Below, piece by piece: positions 7,879 through 16,558 of a DNA stretch of 32,000 nt. Under the pieces are notes generated by a model. The model had not been told where the DNA came from and ran no database searches. It was given only the letters and a program-made list of their open reading frames with translations. Position 1 is the stretch's first letter; each line of letters opens with the position of its first letter. The position numbers and the translations under genes were made by a program. Source of the stretch: Parasynechococcus marenigrum WH 8102 (lineage in GTDB: Bacteria > Cyanobacteriota > Cyanobacteriia > PCC-6307 > Cyanobiaceae); contig NC_005070.1 of assembly GCF_000195975.1 (NCBI RefSeq), positions 1,530,001 to 1,562,000 of the forward strand, read 5' to 3'.

Positions 7879-8124
7879 TCAGCCAGCGCCGAAATCAGGC
7901 GGACTGTCCTCGGCATCCAGCAGGGCATCCAGGGTCACCGCCGTTCTCACCAACGCCTGATACCGCTGCAGCGTTCGCCGGTTCTGATCCAACCAACGCC
8001 CTGGGGCCGTCCCACCATCGAGCTGCGGATGCTCACTGTCCATCAGCTGCAGGTCCTCCTCCCGAGCGATCAGGGCCAGCAACAACTCATGCAGGCGTTG
8101 ACGACGCTGACTGGAGGGGCTCAT
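7879..8124 (-). CDS. Hypothetical protein, 81 aa (MSPSSQRRQRLHELLLALIAREEDLQLMD...)
   Basis: The ATG at 8124 forms an ATGA overlap with the stop of the upstream candidate ORF, and the gene ends 41 nt upstream of the GH116 start. The alternative 130-aa version has an Ala/Gly low-complexity N-terminus that looks out of frame. Confidence 0.45.
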   Translation of the reverse strand: MSPSSQRRQRLHELLLALIAREEDLQLMDSEHPQLDGGTAPGRWLDQNRRTLQRYQALVRTAVTLDALLDAEDSPPDFGAG

Positions 8125-8375
8125 GACGCCTTCATCAATTCCTGAAGGCGCCGCTCCGCCAGCGGCGGCAGCTGCACCCGCCGCAACTGCTTGGCATACA
8201 GAAGCGATTGCAGCCAGGCCAGTGGCTCCACCAGGGGTCCGCTGAGGCCGATCAGCAAACCAACTCCCCAATGGGAGAACGAGGAACGGCAGCGCTGAAG
8301 CCCCCGCCAGAGCACCGATGGGCGGATGAAGCCCGCGGCCACCAACCGATCAGCCACCAGCTCAACCCGTGCCAT
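8121..8375 (-). CDS. Hypothetical protein, 84 aa (MARVELVADRLVAAGFIRPSVLWRGLQ...LAERRLQELMKAS)
   Basis: The ATG at 8375 lies outside the antisense shadow of cobL, which starts at 8409. The residue composition is varied (W, F, Y, K). The stop TGA overlaps the next ATG. The upstream part of the 331-aa ORF is rejected as a shadow ORF. Confidence 0.35.
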   Translation of the reverse strand: MARVELVADRLVAAGFIRPSVLWRGLQRCRSSFSHWGVGLLIGLSGPLVEPLAWLQSLLYAKQLRRVQLPPLAERRLQELMKAS

Positions 8376-8408
8376 GGCTTCCAGAGGTCTGGCCACCAGA
8401 ATGCCTGA

Positions 8409-9656
8409 ATGATCGATGTGATCGGTACTGACGCAGGGGCACCGGCCTCGCTGCCCGCTGCGCAGCAAGCCCTGATTCGAGCTGCCGAACAGATCGCTGC
8501 ACCGCGCCGCCTTCAGCCAGCCCTTGAAACATGGCTGGAAAGCCCGGTTCCCCTGATCGACAGCGACGACCCCCGCCATCTGGTGGAGGTGCTCAGCGCT
8601 CTCTCCGCTCAAACCAACGCGGTGGTGCTGGCCAGTGGGGACCCGCTCTGGTTCGGCATCGGCAGAATCCTGGCGGAGCGCCTCGGGCCGGAGCGGCTGC
8701 GCTTTCATCCCGCGCCCACCAGCCTGCAACTGGCCTTTGCCCGCATCGGTCGTCCCTGGCAGGACGCCCGCTGGGTGAGCCTGCATGGACGCGATCCCGA
8801 GCCCCTGGCCCGGGAACTGCAGACGCGGCCGAGGGCCCTGGCGGTGCTCACCGACCCTGGCCGTGGCGGTGCCGACGCCGTGCGCCGCTGTCTGCGCAGC
8901 AGCGGTCTGGAGGCGAGCTATCAGCTCTGGCTGGGGGAAAACCTTGGCCATGCCGACGAACGGATGCGGCTGATCCCGGCCGATGCCCCCCTGCCGGAGC
9001 CACTGCAGCCATTGCTGGTGGCACTGTTGATTGCCGAGGAACCGTCCATTCCGAACTCGAGGGCGTTGCCGTTGTTCGGTCTGGAGGATGGCCTGTACCT
9101 CCAGCACCCGGATCACCCCGGGCTGATGACCAAGCGGGAGGCACGCATCCAGTTGCTGGCGGATCTGGATCTGCCCGATCAGGGAGTGCTCTGGGACCTT
9201 GGCGCCGGCACGGGCAGCATCGGACTGGAGGCCCTTCGCCTACGGCCCCAGCTCAGGCTGCTGGCGGTGGAGCGCCGGGCCGGTGGGGCTGCCTTGATCC
9301 AGGCCAATGCAAAGCGGCTCGAGGTGATGCCCAGCGCCGTGGTGGAAACCGATGCGCTGAGCCTGCTGTCCGCCGATCTGCCTGACGGCCTGGACCAACC
9401 GGATCGCGTGTTGCTGGGTGGTGGCGGCCCCCATCGCGAGGCGCTGCTGAAGGCAGTGCTGCAACGGTTGCGTCCATCGGGGATCGTGGTGATTCCGCTG
9501 GCGACCCTTGAAGCGGTGGCCACGCTGCGGCCGCTGATGGAGCAGTCAGGACTGACGGTGCAGCTCAATCAATTGCAGGCCTGGCGAGGCCAACCCCTCA
9601 GCGATGGCACCCGCCTGGCACCGATGAACCCAATCCTGAGCCTAAAAGGCACGTAA
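8409..9656 (+). CDS. cobL: Bifunctional precorrin-6Y / cobalt-precorrin C5,15-methyltransferase (decarboxylating), CbiE/CbiT fusion (CobL)
   Basis: The N-terminal CbiE-type tetrapyrrole methylase starts MIDVIGTDAG... and contains ...ASGDPLWFGIG... The C-terminal CbiT-type SAM methyltransferase carries VLWDLGAGTGSIGLEA. Confidence 0.9.
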   Translation: MIDVIGTDAGAPASLPAAQQALIRAAEQIAAPRRLQPALETWLESPVPLIDSDDPRHLVEVLSALSAQTNAVVLASGDPLWFGIGRILAERLGPERLRFHPAPTSLQLAFARIGRPWQDARWVSLHGRDPEPLARELQTRPRALAVLTDPGRGGADAVRRCLRSSGLEASYQLWLGENLGHADERMRLIPADAPLPEPLQPLLVALLIAEEPSIPNSRALPLFGLEDGLYLQHPDHPGLMTKREARIQLLADLDLPDQGVLWDLGAGTGSIGLEALRLRPQLRLLAVERRAGGAALIQANAKRLEVMPSAVVETDALSLLSADLPDGLDQPDRVLLGGGGPHREALLKAVLQRLRPSGIVVIPLATLEAVATLRPLMEQSGLTVQLNQLQAWRGQPLSDGTRLAPMNPILSLKGT

Positions 9657-9678
9657 TCGTGACATAATCGTTTATTTA

Positions 9679-10083
9679 TTAATACGATATCGTCTCAATC
9701 TGGACTTGATCGCCAGGGCGAATGCCCAGACGACGGGCCTCCCCGGCCCGCAACTCCACCACCCCGTCACTGGGATCCGCCGGGCCGTAGCTGGGGCAAG
9801 GCAGCTTCGGACAGACCGGAACATCAGCCGCAATGGCCATCACCCGGTTGTCCCGCAGAAACAGCATGTCCAGCGGCGCAAGGGTGTTGAGCATCCAGAA
9901 GCTCAGCAGCCTGGGACGGTCAAAGGGAAACCACATGCCACGCAGCGGTGGCAAGGCCGGCCGCTGCATCAGACCGATCTGCTGCTGCTTTGGGGTGCGG
10001 GCCACCTCCAGGGCGATGCAGCGTCGGTCTTCCAGGCACCATTGCGCGGTGACGGGCAGCTGCTGCGGTGCCGGCAGATCCAT
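9679..10083 (-). CDS. DUF192 domain-containing protein
   Basis: The ...QQIGLMQRPALPPLRGMWFPF...FWMLNTLAPLDMLFL...GVVELRAGEARRLGIRPGDQV... pattern is typical of DUF192. The ATG at 10083 is preferred over the in-frame TTG at 10089. It lies 2 nt after the upstream gene's stop. Confidence 0.85.
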   Translation of the reverse strand: MDLPAPQQLPVTAQWCLEDRRCIALEVARTPKQQQIGLMQRPALPPLRGMWFPFDRPRLLSFWMLNTLAPLDMLFLRDNRVMAIAADVPVCPKLPCPSYGPADPSDGVVELRAGEARRLGIRPGDQVQIETISY

Positions 10084-10085
10084 GC

Positions 10086-10763
10086 TCAACCGTCCCCGAC
10101 GACAGGACCGAGGCTGTAACCACGACCGCGCACCGTCAACAGCAACCGCGATTCGCCGTCGGCTTCCAGCTTCTGGCGCAGGTAGCGCACATACACCTCC
10201 ACCACATTGCTGCTGGCCCGTTCGTCCTGCCAGACCTCCTGCAGCAACTGCTCACGGCTGAACACCTCTCCCGGCGACCGCATCAACACCAGCAGCAGGG
10301 CGAACTCCCGGGCCGTGAGAGCCACGGTGCGGCCGGCCCGTCGCACGTGACGGGTGGCGGGATCAAGACTGAGATCACCCAGTTCAAGCAACGTCGGCCG
10401 TTGACCCAGGCGGGCCTGCACGGTGCGATGCAGTCGCAGGCGGAGCAGCAGATCACTGGGAGCAATGGACGACAGCCAGAAGTCATCCGCCCCTGCGCAG
10501 AGACAGGCCGCCCTGGCATCAACGCTGTCTTGTTCCAGATCCAGAAGGATCGGCATCCCCCGGAAGCGCTGACGCAGGTCCCGCACCTTGGCGGCCTGAT
10601 CAGCAGCCAGAACAGCCGCCAGCGGCTCCTCACCCACCTGCACCGTGCTGGAGGCCACACCGGCACTGAGCCAATCAACTGTGCTGTAGCCCGATGCCGC
10701 CAGCCGTGGAGCCAGAGCCACCGCTGACGCTCCCACCAACAGCAGAAGCGGGTCAGCGGTCAT
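10086..10763 (-). CDS. OmpR-family winged-helix transcriptional regulator with an atypical (degenerate) receiver domain
   Basis: The C-terminal Trans_reg_C domain reads ...[30 protein letters not shown]...[13 protein letters not shown]...[11 protein letters not shown]. The N-terminal receiver-like domain lacks the acidic pair and the conserved Lys (see finding). Confidence 0.85.
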   Translation of the reverse strand: MTADPLLLLVGASAVALAPRLAASGYSTVDWLSAGVASSTVQVGEEPLAAVLAADQAAKVRDLRQRFRGMPILLDLEQDSVDARAACLCAGADDFWLSSIAPSDLLLRLRLHRTVQARLGQRPTLLELGDLSLDPATRHVRRAGRTVALTAREFALLLVLMRSPGEVFSREQLLQEVWQDERASSNVVEVYVRYLRQKLEADGESRLLLTVRGRGYSLGPVVGDG

Positions 10764-11680
10764 CCCTTATCTGGCTTGGCGATGTGCGGCAGGCCCCAAC
10801 CCAGCTTGTTGCGCAGCACCTGGAAGAACTCATGATCCACCAACCGCACGAAACGCACCGGGTGTTCACTACGACGGATGAGAACGCGGTCCTCAGGCCA
10901 GACATAGCAACCAGCACTGCCGTCCACCACCATCATCAGACGTTCAGGAGTCGCCGGGAACACCGTCACCGGTTCACGGTCGCTGAACACCAGCGCGCGG
11001 GAGGCCAGGGAATGGGGAGCGATCGGCGTCAGCTGCAGCACCGGACAATCGGGTGAAATCACTGGACCGCCGGCACTGAGGGCGTAGGCCGTCGAGCCGG
11101 TGGGGGTGGAGAGGATCACGCCATCGGCAGCGATATCCACCGGCGCATGACGCCCAATGGCGATCTCGAAGTGACACATGCTGGTGAGCGGCTCCCGGTG
11201 CAGTGCCATCTCGTTGAGCGACAGAGCTTCCCAGCGGCGCTGGTCCCCTCGCATCACACTCACCACCAGGTTGCTGCGCTCCTCGATCGTCCACTGCTCG
11301 GTGAGCACCACCTCCAGTGCCCGGTCGAGATCGCCGAGATAAGCCTCCGCCAGAAAGCCCAGATGGCCGGTGTTGATGGTCAGGATCGGAACCCCCACCG
11401 GTGCGGTCTGCCGCGCTGCCGACAGCACCGTGCCGTCACCGCCCAGCACGATCGCCAGGGCCATGCTGTTGTTGAACCCCTCCGGCACGCAGGCGCTGTA
11501 GCCCAGCAAGCGGAGATGCTGATCCGGATTGGCGAAGCCCACCATGCCACCGGAACTGCTGGCGCGAACCACCGCGTGGCCAGCCAGCTCCAACCGTTGC
11601 TGAATGGTGTCTGCCGTCTGCACCGCCAGCGGCTTGCCGTCATTCACGATCAGTCCGATCCGGGGCACTGACCGCTGCAA
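10760..11680 (-). CDS. nadK: NAD(+) kinase
   Basis: The GGDGT motif (VLGGDGTVL) and the NAD kinase C-terminal block (...[17 protein letters not shown]...) are present. The start is TTG 11680 or GTG 11668. The stop overlaps the regulator's ATG (ATGA). Confidence 0.9.
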   Translation of the reverse strand: MQRSVPRIGLIVNDGKPLAVQTADTIQQRLELAGHAVVRASSSGGMVGFANPDQHLRLLGYSACVPEGFNNSMALAIVLGGDGTVLSAARQTAPVGVPILTINTGHLGFLAEAYLGDLDRALEVVLTEQWTIEERSNLVVSVMRGDQRRWEALSLNEMALHREPLTSMCHFEIAIGRHAPVDIAADGVILSTPTGSTAYALSAGGPVISPDCPVLQLTPIAPHSLASRALVFSDREPVTVFPATPERLMMVVDGSAGCYVWPEDRVLIRRSEHPVRFVRLVDHEFFQVLRNKLGWGLPHIAKPDKG

Positions 11681-11705
11681 CTAAGGCTTATTCAGCTTAT
11701 GGGAG

Positions 11706-12713
11706 TCAGAACTGTTCGAGGAAGCGCAGATCGCTTGTGTAAAGCCGGCGGATGTCATCAATGCCGTGACGCACCATGCAGAAGCGTTCAACGCCGAGAC
11801 CTGCAGCAAAGCCGCTGTAGCGCTCGGGATCGAGGCCGAGACCTTCCAGCACAGCGGGATCAACCATGCCGCAGCCCATTACCTCCAGCCATCGTCCCCT
11901 CCATTGCACGTCCACCTCGGCTGAAGGCTCCGTGAACGGGAAGTAACTGGCCCGGAAACGCACCGGCAGATCACCGAAGAAAGCCTTGAGGAAGGCCATC
12001 ACCGTGCCGCGCAGGTGGCTGAAGTCGAGTCCCTCATCAATGGCCAGCACCTCCACCTGATGGAAGACCGGCGAGTGGGTGGCATCGACGGCATCGCGTC
12101 GATACACCCGTCCAGGGGCGACGATGCGCACCGGTGGGGGGTTCTGTTCCAAGTGGCGGATCTGCACCGGTGAGGTGTGGGTCCGCAGCAGCAGATCACC
12201 CTGCAGGTAGAAGGTGTCCTGCATGTCCCGGGCTGGATGATCCTCGGGAATGTTCAGCGCCGTGAAGTTGTAGTAGTCCTTCTCCACCTCGGGCCCTTCG
12301 GCAACGCTGTATCCGAGGCCGAGAAACAGATCGACGATCTCCTCGGTGGTGGTGATCAAGGGGTGGCGATGCCCCATCGGGATCCCCGACGCCGGCGCCG
12401 TCACATCAATGCTTTCGCGGGCGATGCGTTCCGCCATCGCCGCCTGCTTCACCGCCGCAAGACGCTCAGCCAGCAGGCTCTGCACCTGGGTTTTGAGCAC
12501 ATTGGCCCGCTGACCCACCAGCGGTCGTTCACTGCCCGGCAGCTTGCCCATGGCCCAGAGCACCCCCGAGATCCGTCCCTTTTTGCCCAGCAGACCTACC
12601 CGCAATTGTTCGAGGGCTGCGGCATCGGAGGCCTCGGAGATTTCGGTTGTGGCCTGCTGCTCGAGCGCATCCAGCTGATCGGTGAGCTGCTGCAGGGTGA
12701 CCGGGGCGCTCAC
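11706..12713 (-). CDS. pheS: Phenylalanine--tRNA ligase alpha subunit
   Basis: The class II aaRS motifs are present: ...[14 protein letters not shown]...[16 protein letters not shown]...[12 protein letters not shown]...[12 protein letters not shown]...GCGMVDP... The GTG at 12713 gives 335 aa. The ORF extension to 13256 is antisense to surE and is rejected. Confidence 0.93.
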
Positions 12714-12785
12714 GGGCCTGTGGCTAAAGGCAACTGACTGTAAGCAGCCAGCCCGCTTAGGTTCCCCCCACCCACCAGCCAAGCC

Positions 12786-13586
12786 ATGCGGGTCCTGATC
12801 AGCAATGACGATGGCGTCTTCGCCGAAGGCATCCGCACCCTGGCGGCGGCGGCCGTCGCCCGCGGCCACGACGTCACAGTGGTTTGCCCGGATCAGGAGC
12901 GCTCCGCCACCGGCCATGGCCTCACGCTGCAGACCCCCATCCGGGCTGAGCGGGCCGATGAACTGTTCGTTCCTGGCGTGACCGCCTGGGCCTGCTCCGG
13001 CACACCGGCGGATTGCATGAAGCTGGCCCTGTTCGAACTGGTGAAGGACAAACCTGATCTGGTGCTCTCCGGCATCAACCACGGCCCCAACCTGGGTACC
13101 GATGTGTTCTGCTCCGGCACCGTCGCTGCAGCGATGGAAGGAACCCTGGAGGGCATTCCATCGATGGCGATCAGCAGCGCCTGCTTCCAGTGGCGGCAGT
13201 TCCAGGCCGGCGCCGAATTGGCAGTGGAGGTCGCCGAACAGGCCTTGGCGGATCAATGGCCGGAGAACCTGCTGCTCAACCTCAACATTCCCCCCTGCAA
13301 TCGGGACGCCATGGGCCCGCTGCGCTGGACCCGCCTGTCGATCCGCCGCTACGACGAGCAGTTCAGTTCCCGGGTGGACCCGCGGGGTCGGGCCTATTAC
13401 TGGCTAGCCGGTGAAGTGGTGAACGACCTGGAGTCCGCCGGTGAAGGTCCGCGGGACTGGCCCAGCGATGTGGCCCAGATCCATGCCAACAGTCCATCCC
13501 TGACCCCGATCCAACCCGATCTGTTCTGGCGGGGATCCCTCAGTGGACTGCCGCAGCTGAAGCTGAAGGATCAGCTGGTGCGATAG
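12786..13586 (+). CDS. surE: 5'/3'-nucleotidase SurE
   Basis: The N-terminal signature [20 protein letters not shown] is present, followed by ...[25 protein letters not shown]... Confidence 0.93.
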   Translation: MRVLISNDDGVFAEGIRTLAAAAVARGHDVTVVCPDQERSATGHGLTLQTPIRAERADELFVPGVTAWACSGTPADCMKLALFELVKDKPDLVLSGINHGPNLGTDVFCSGTVAAAMEGTLEGIPSMAISSACFQWRQFQAGAELAVEVAEQALADQWPENLLLNLNIPPCNRDAMGPLRWTRLSIRRYDEQFSSRVDPRGRAYYWLAGEVVNDLESAGEGPRDWPSDVAQIHANSPSLTPIQPDLFWRGSLSGLPQLKLKDQLVR

Positions 13587-14131
13587 ATCCGCTGCAGCAA
13601 CCACAGCGAGAACAGCAGGCCGATCAAGTGGGCGAACAGCACCTGGGTGTTGCTGAGCACCGACAGCATCTCCAGGGAGGTGATGGCCAGGTTGTCCGCC
13701 ATGCCACGACCTCCGATGGCGATGCCAGGCGTCTGCATCGACGCCTGCACAAACAGGCTGCCGGCCAGGGCCTGATAGCCGATGGCCGCGAACACAAGAC
13801 CCAGCAGGTCTGCGATCAACCCCCGTTTGATCAGGCGAGCGGTTTCCCCGCGACTTGGCCTGGCGCCGCTGTCGATCGCCCGACCGGTGCGCACGATCAA
13901 CCAGCCCTGCCACAGGCTGTAGAGCAGCACCAGGAAAGCCAGGGTCGTCAGAGAGAGGCCAGGGCCAAGGCCGACGGCGCGCTCTGCGTTTCGGGCCAGG
14001 CTGCCGCCCACGTTGTTGAACAGCAGCACCCCCACCACCACGACGCCGAGCACCACCTGAATCCAGAAGCGGATCCAGCCCATTCGGCGCACGCCGAAGG
14101 ACAGCTGCTGGAAATCAAGGCGATCCGCCAT
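13571..14131 (-). CDS. Multi-pass membrane protein of unknown function (resembles the DUF3611 family)
   Basis: The ATG at 14131 ([33 protein letters not shown]...) gives 186 aa with about four hydrophobic helices. The 3' end overlaps surE convergently by 16 nt. The family name is from memory. Confidence 0.7.
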   Translation of the reverse strand: MADRLDFQQLSFGVRRMGWIRFWIQVVLGVVVVGVLLFNNVGGSLARNAERAVGLGPGLSLTTLAFLVLLYSLWQGWLIVRTGRAIDSGARPSRGETARLIKRGLIADLLGLVFAAIGYQALAGSLFVQASMQTPGIAIGGRGMADNLAITSLEMLSVLSNTQVLFAHLIGLLFSLWLLQRIYRTS

Positions 14132-14187
14132 GGCTGGGGGGTCAGTCGTCCAAACTTGCCACCAAAGCGCACCGTCTGCACCCCGCG

Positions 14188-15117
14188 TTGATCCCCCTTT
14201 GTTCGCCACAGGACGCCCGCAGGCCGACCGCTCTGGCACTGGGCAGTTTTGATGGGTTGCATGCCGGACACCGCCGTGTGATCGGCCAGGCCATCGCGGG
14301 TTCCACTGCGGTGCCCACTGTGGTGAGCTTCTGGCCCCACCCGCGGGAGGTGCTGTTCGGTGAAGCCCGACTGCGGCTGGATCTGCCCAGCGAAAAGCTG
14401 GAGCTGCTGCAGCCGCTGGGCATCGAGCAGCTGGTGCTGGTTCCCTTCACCCCGGAGCTGGCCCAGCTGAGTGCAGAAGCGTTCGTCAACACCGTGCTGC
14501 TGGACACCCTGCAGGCGCAGCGGATCGTCGTGGGGGCCAACTTCCGCTTCGGAAACAAGCGCAGTGGAGACGCTGACCTACTCCGCCAGGTAGCCGCGGC
14601 CAGGGGGGTGGAGGTGCTGGTGACGGAGATCGTGGAGGACGGCAACGGACGGATGAGCAGCAGCCGTATCCGCGCTGCGCTGGACATCGGCGATCTGGAC
14701 ACCGCCAAGTCCCTGCTGGGCCGTCCTTACCGTTTCCGCGGTCGGGTGGTGCGGGGCCGTGGTCTGGGCCGCGAACTGGGCTGGCCCACCGCCAATCTGC
14801 AGGTGGACGGCCGCAAGTTCCTGCCGGCACTGGGGGTGTATGCCGCCTGGGCCTGGGTGGACGGCGGGGATCAACCCCTGGCCGCTGTGATGAATATGGG
14901 TCCGCAACCGACGGTGGATCCCACCTCCCCCTCGGCTGTGGAGGTGCACCTGCTCGACCGCACGATCGAATTGGAGGGCCGTCAGCTGACGGTGGAACCC
15001 GTGCAGCGACTCCGCGGTCAGCAGCGGTTCAGCGGACTGGAGGAACTCAGTGCTCAGATCGGCCGAGATGCCGACCAGGCCCGGTCGCTCTTGTCGGTTC
15101 AGACCGGTGTTGGGTAA
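14188..15117 (+). CDS. ribF: Bifunctional riboflavin kinase / FMN adenylyltransferase
   Basis: The signature reads ...ALALGSFDGLHAGHRRVI... with the C-terminal riboflavin kinase block ...RPYRFRGRVVRGRGLGRELGWPTANL... The TTG start at 14188 comes from the ORF track and the exact start is uncertain. Confidence 0.88.
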   Translation: MIPLCSPQDARRPTALALGSFDGLHAGHRRVIGQAIAGSTAVPTVVSFWPHPREVLFGEARLRLDLPSEKLELLQPLGIEQLVLVPFTPELAQLSAEAFVNTVLLDTLQAQRIVVGANFRFGNKRSGDADLLRQVAAARGVEVLVTEIVEDGNGRMSSSRIRAALDIGDLDTAKSLLGRPYRFRGRVVRGRGLGRELGWPTANLQVDGRKFLPALGVYAAWAWVDGGDQPLAAVMNMGPQPTVDPTSPSAVEVHLLDRTIELEGRQLTVEPVQRLRGQQRFSGLEELSAQIGRDADQARSLLSVQTGVG

Positions 15118-15191
15118 GCGTTGGCCAGGCCCCAGACGATGAACACGCCGATTCCCCCCAGCAACACGATGCCCCATACAAGAACGTGCAT
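15099..15191 (-). CDS. Candidate 30-aa hydrophobic micro-protein (MHVLVWGIVLLGGIGVFIVWGLANAYPTPV)
   Basis: I translated this by hand from ATG 15191 to TGA 15099. It encodes one TM-length hydrophobic segment. It sits in the ribF-thiE gap, divergent from thiE, and overlaps the last 19 nt of ribF. It is below the length cutoff of the ORF track. Confidence 0.3.
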   Translation of the reverse strand: MHVLVWGIVLLGGIGVFIVWGLANAYPTPV

Positions 15192-15260
15192 GGGACTGTC
15201 AGACCCACCATTCTCCATGACTCAAGGGAGTGCGATCCTCCAAAGGGTGCCACGAATCTG

Positions 15261-16310
15261 ATGGGTTGCGAGTCGTCCTTGGATCCTCGTGTGGCAAGGC
15301 TGATCGATGCCAATCTCGATCGAGCCCGCGAAGGGCTGAGGGTCGTTGAGGACTGGTGCCGTTTCGGACTGGAGCGGGATGACCTGGTGATCAGCCTGAA
15401 GGATTGGCGTCAGCGACTCGGCAAGCTGCATCAGGAGCGCTACAAGCGAGCCCGCTCCACCGTCACCGACCCTGGTGCGGGCATGGAGCATCCGGCGCAG
15501 CTCGACCGTCACAGCCCCCGGCAAGTCGTGGAGGCCAACTGCGGCCGGGTGCAGGAAGCCCTGAGAGTGCTGGAGGAATACGGGCGCAACGTGGATGCCC
15601 CTCTGTCCGCTGAGGCCGCCGCCATCCGCTACGGCCTTTACGACCTGGAGGTGACCTGCCTCACAGCTACCAGCGGCAACAACCGTCGGAACCGGTTGCA
15701 GGACTGCCAGCTCTGCCTGATCACCAGCCCATGCCCTGACCTTGTCGATCGCGTGAAAACTGCTCTGCGCAGCGGTGTGGCCATGGTTCAGCACCGCTGT
15801 AAATCCGGAAGCGACCTGGAACGACTGGCGGAAGCCAGAACCCTGGCTGCTCTCTGCCGTGATCACGGCGCTCTGTTGATCATCAACGACCGGATTGATC
15901 TGGCCCTGGCAGTGGATGCCGATGGCGTTCATCTGGGTCAGGACGACCTGCCCACGGATGTGGCCCGTGGCTTGATCGGCCCCGGACGTCTCCTCGGACG
16001 CAGCACCCATTCCCTGAACCAGGTGGCGGAAGCACACCGCGAGGACTGCGACTACCTGGGTCTTGGTCCCGTCAACAACACCGCCGTGAAGCCGGAGCGG
16101 CCGGCCATCGGCGCTGCCTTGGTGGGTGAAGCGCTGGCCATCACGCACAAGCCGGTGTTCGCCATCGGTGGCATCAGCCAGGCCAACCTTGATGCGCTCA
16201 TGGCAGTGGGGTGCCGGCGCGTGGCGGTGATCGGAGCGATCATGGGATCCGACAATCCCGAAAAGGCCAGTCAGAACCTGCTGAGCAGCCTGTCGCGCCC
16301 AACCCTTTAA
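15261..16310 (+). CDS. thiE: Thiamine-phosphate synthase with the N-terminal extension typical of cyanobacteria
   Basis: The C-terminal ThiE domain reads ...LIINDRIDLALAVDADGVHLGQDDLP...GRSTHS...DYLGLGPV...PVFAIGGI... It is preceded by a roughly 130-aa domain. ATG 15261 is preferred over the upstream in-frame ATG at 15186. Confidence 0.88.
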   Translation: MGCESSLDPRVARLIDANLDRAREGLRVVEDWCRFGLERDDLVISLKDWRQRLGKLHQERYKRARSTVTDPGAGMEHPAQLDRHSPRQVVEANCGRVQEALRVLEEYGRNVDAPLSAEAAAIRYGLYDLEVTCLTATSGNNRRNRLQDCQLCLITSPCPDLVDRVKTALRSGVAMVQHRCKSGSDLERLAEARTLAALCRDHGALLIINDRIDLALAVDADGVHLGQDDLPTDVARGLIGPGRLLGRSTHSLNQVAEAHREDCDYLGLGPVNNTAVKPERPAIGAALVGEALAITHKPVFAIGGISQANLDALMAVGCRRVAVIGAIMGSDNPEKASQNLLSSLSRPTL

Positions 16311-16313
16311 TCC

Positions 16314-16532
16314 ATGGCTCTGAAGCTCACCGTCAATGGCGAAGTCCGCTGCCTGGACCCTGAGCCGATGCCTCCAACCCTCGAAGCGGTGATCGCCGCC
16401 TTGGGACATAACCCCCAGCTGGTGGTGGCAGAGCACAACGGTGTGATCGCGCCCCGTGGTGGCTGGGCCAGCACAACAGTGGGTGAAGGCGACAGCTTGG
16501 AGATCGTCACCATCGTTGGAGGTGGTTCCTAG
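16314..16532 (+). CDS. thiS: Sulfur carrier protein ThiS
   Basis: The ORF is 72 aa (MALKLTVNGE...VAEHNGVIAPRGGWASTTVGEGDSLEIVTIVGGGS) with a Gly-Gly C-terminus. It starts 3 nt after the thiE stop. Confidence 0.85.
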   Translation: MALKLTVNGEVRCLDPEPMPPTLEAVIAALGHNPQLVVAEHNGVIAPRGGWASTTVGEGDSLEIVTIVGGGS

Positions 16533-16558
16533 AGTTGAACAAGTAATAGTTCGTTGTT

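Noticed and set aside
6608-7960. A 450-aa plus-strand ORF, plus several others (5594-6442, 5992-6702 and more), overlapping the GH116 gene.
   Set aside because: These are shadow ORFs typical of high-GC DNA. The translations are Ala/Gly/Arg/Pro-rich low-complexity sequence with no recognisable motif. The opposite-strand 833-aa ORF has clear family features.
8376-9116. The upstream part of the 331-aa minus-strand ORF antisense to cobL.
   Set aside because: It is shadow sequence of cobL. Only the part downstream of ATG 8375, outside cobL, is kept as a low-confidence candidate.
12714-13256. The N-terminal 181-codon extension of the pheS ORF (the 516-aa version).
   Set aside because: The extension is antisense to surE and has no PheS similarity. 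A canonical-length PheS starts at GTG 12713.
15099-15191. Identification of the 30-aa micro-ORF as PetN or another named one-helix photosynthetic subunit, based on a shared VWG tripeptide.
   Set aside because: The spacing from the N-terminus and the surrounding residues do not match the PetN, PetG, PetL, PetM, PsaM, PsbX or Psb30 sequences I remember. It is kept only as an unnamed candidate.
15222-16436. A 404-aa minus-strand ORF antisense to thiE and thiS.
   Set aside because: It has no motif and a biased composition, and it is fully covered by two well-supported plus-strand genes. I treat it as a GC-driven shadow ORF.
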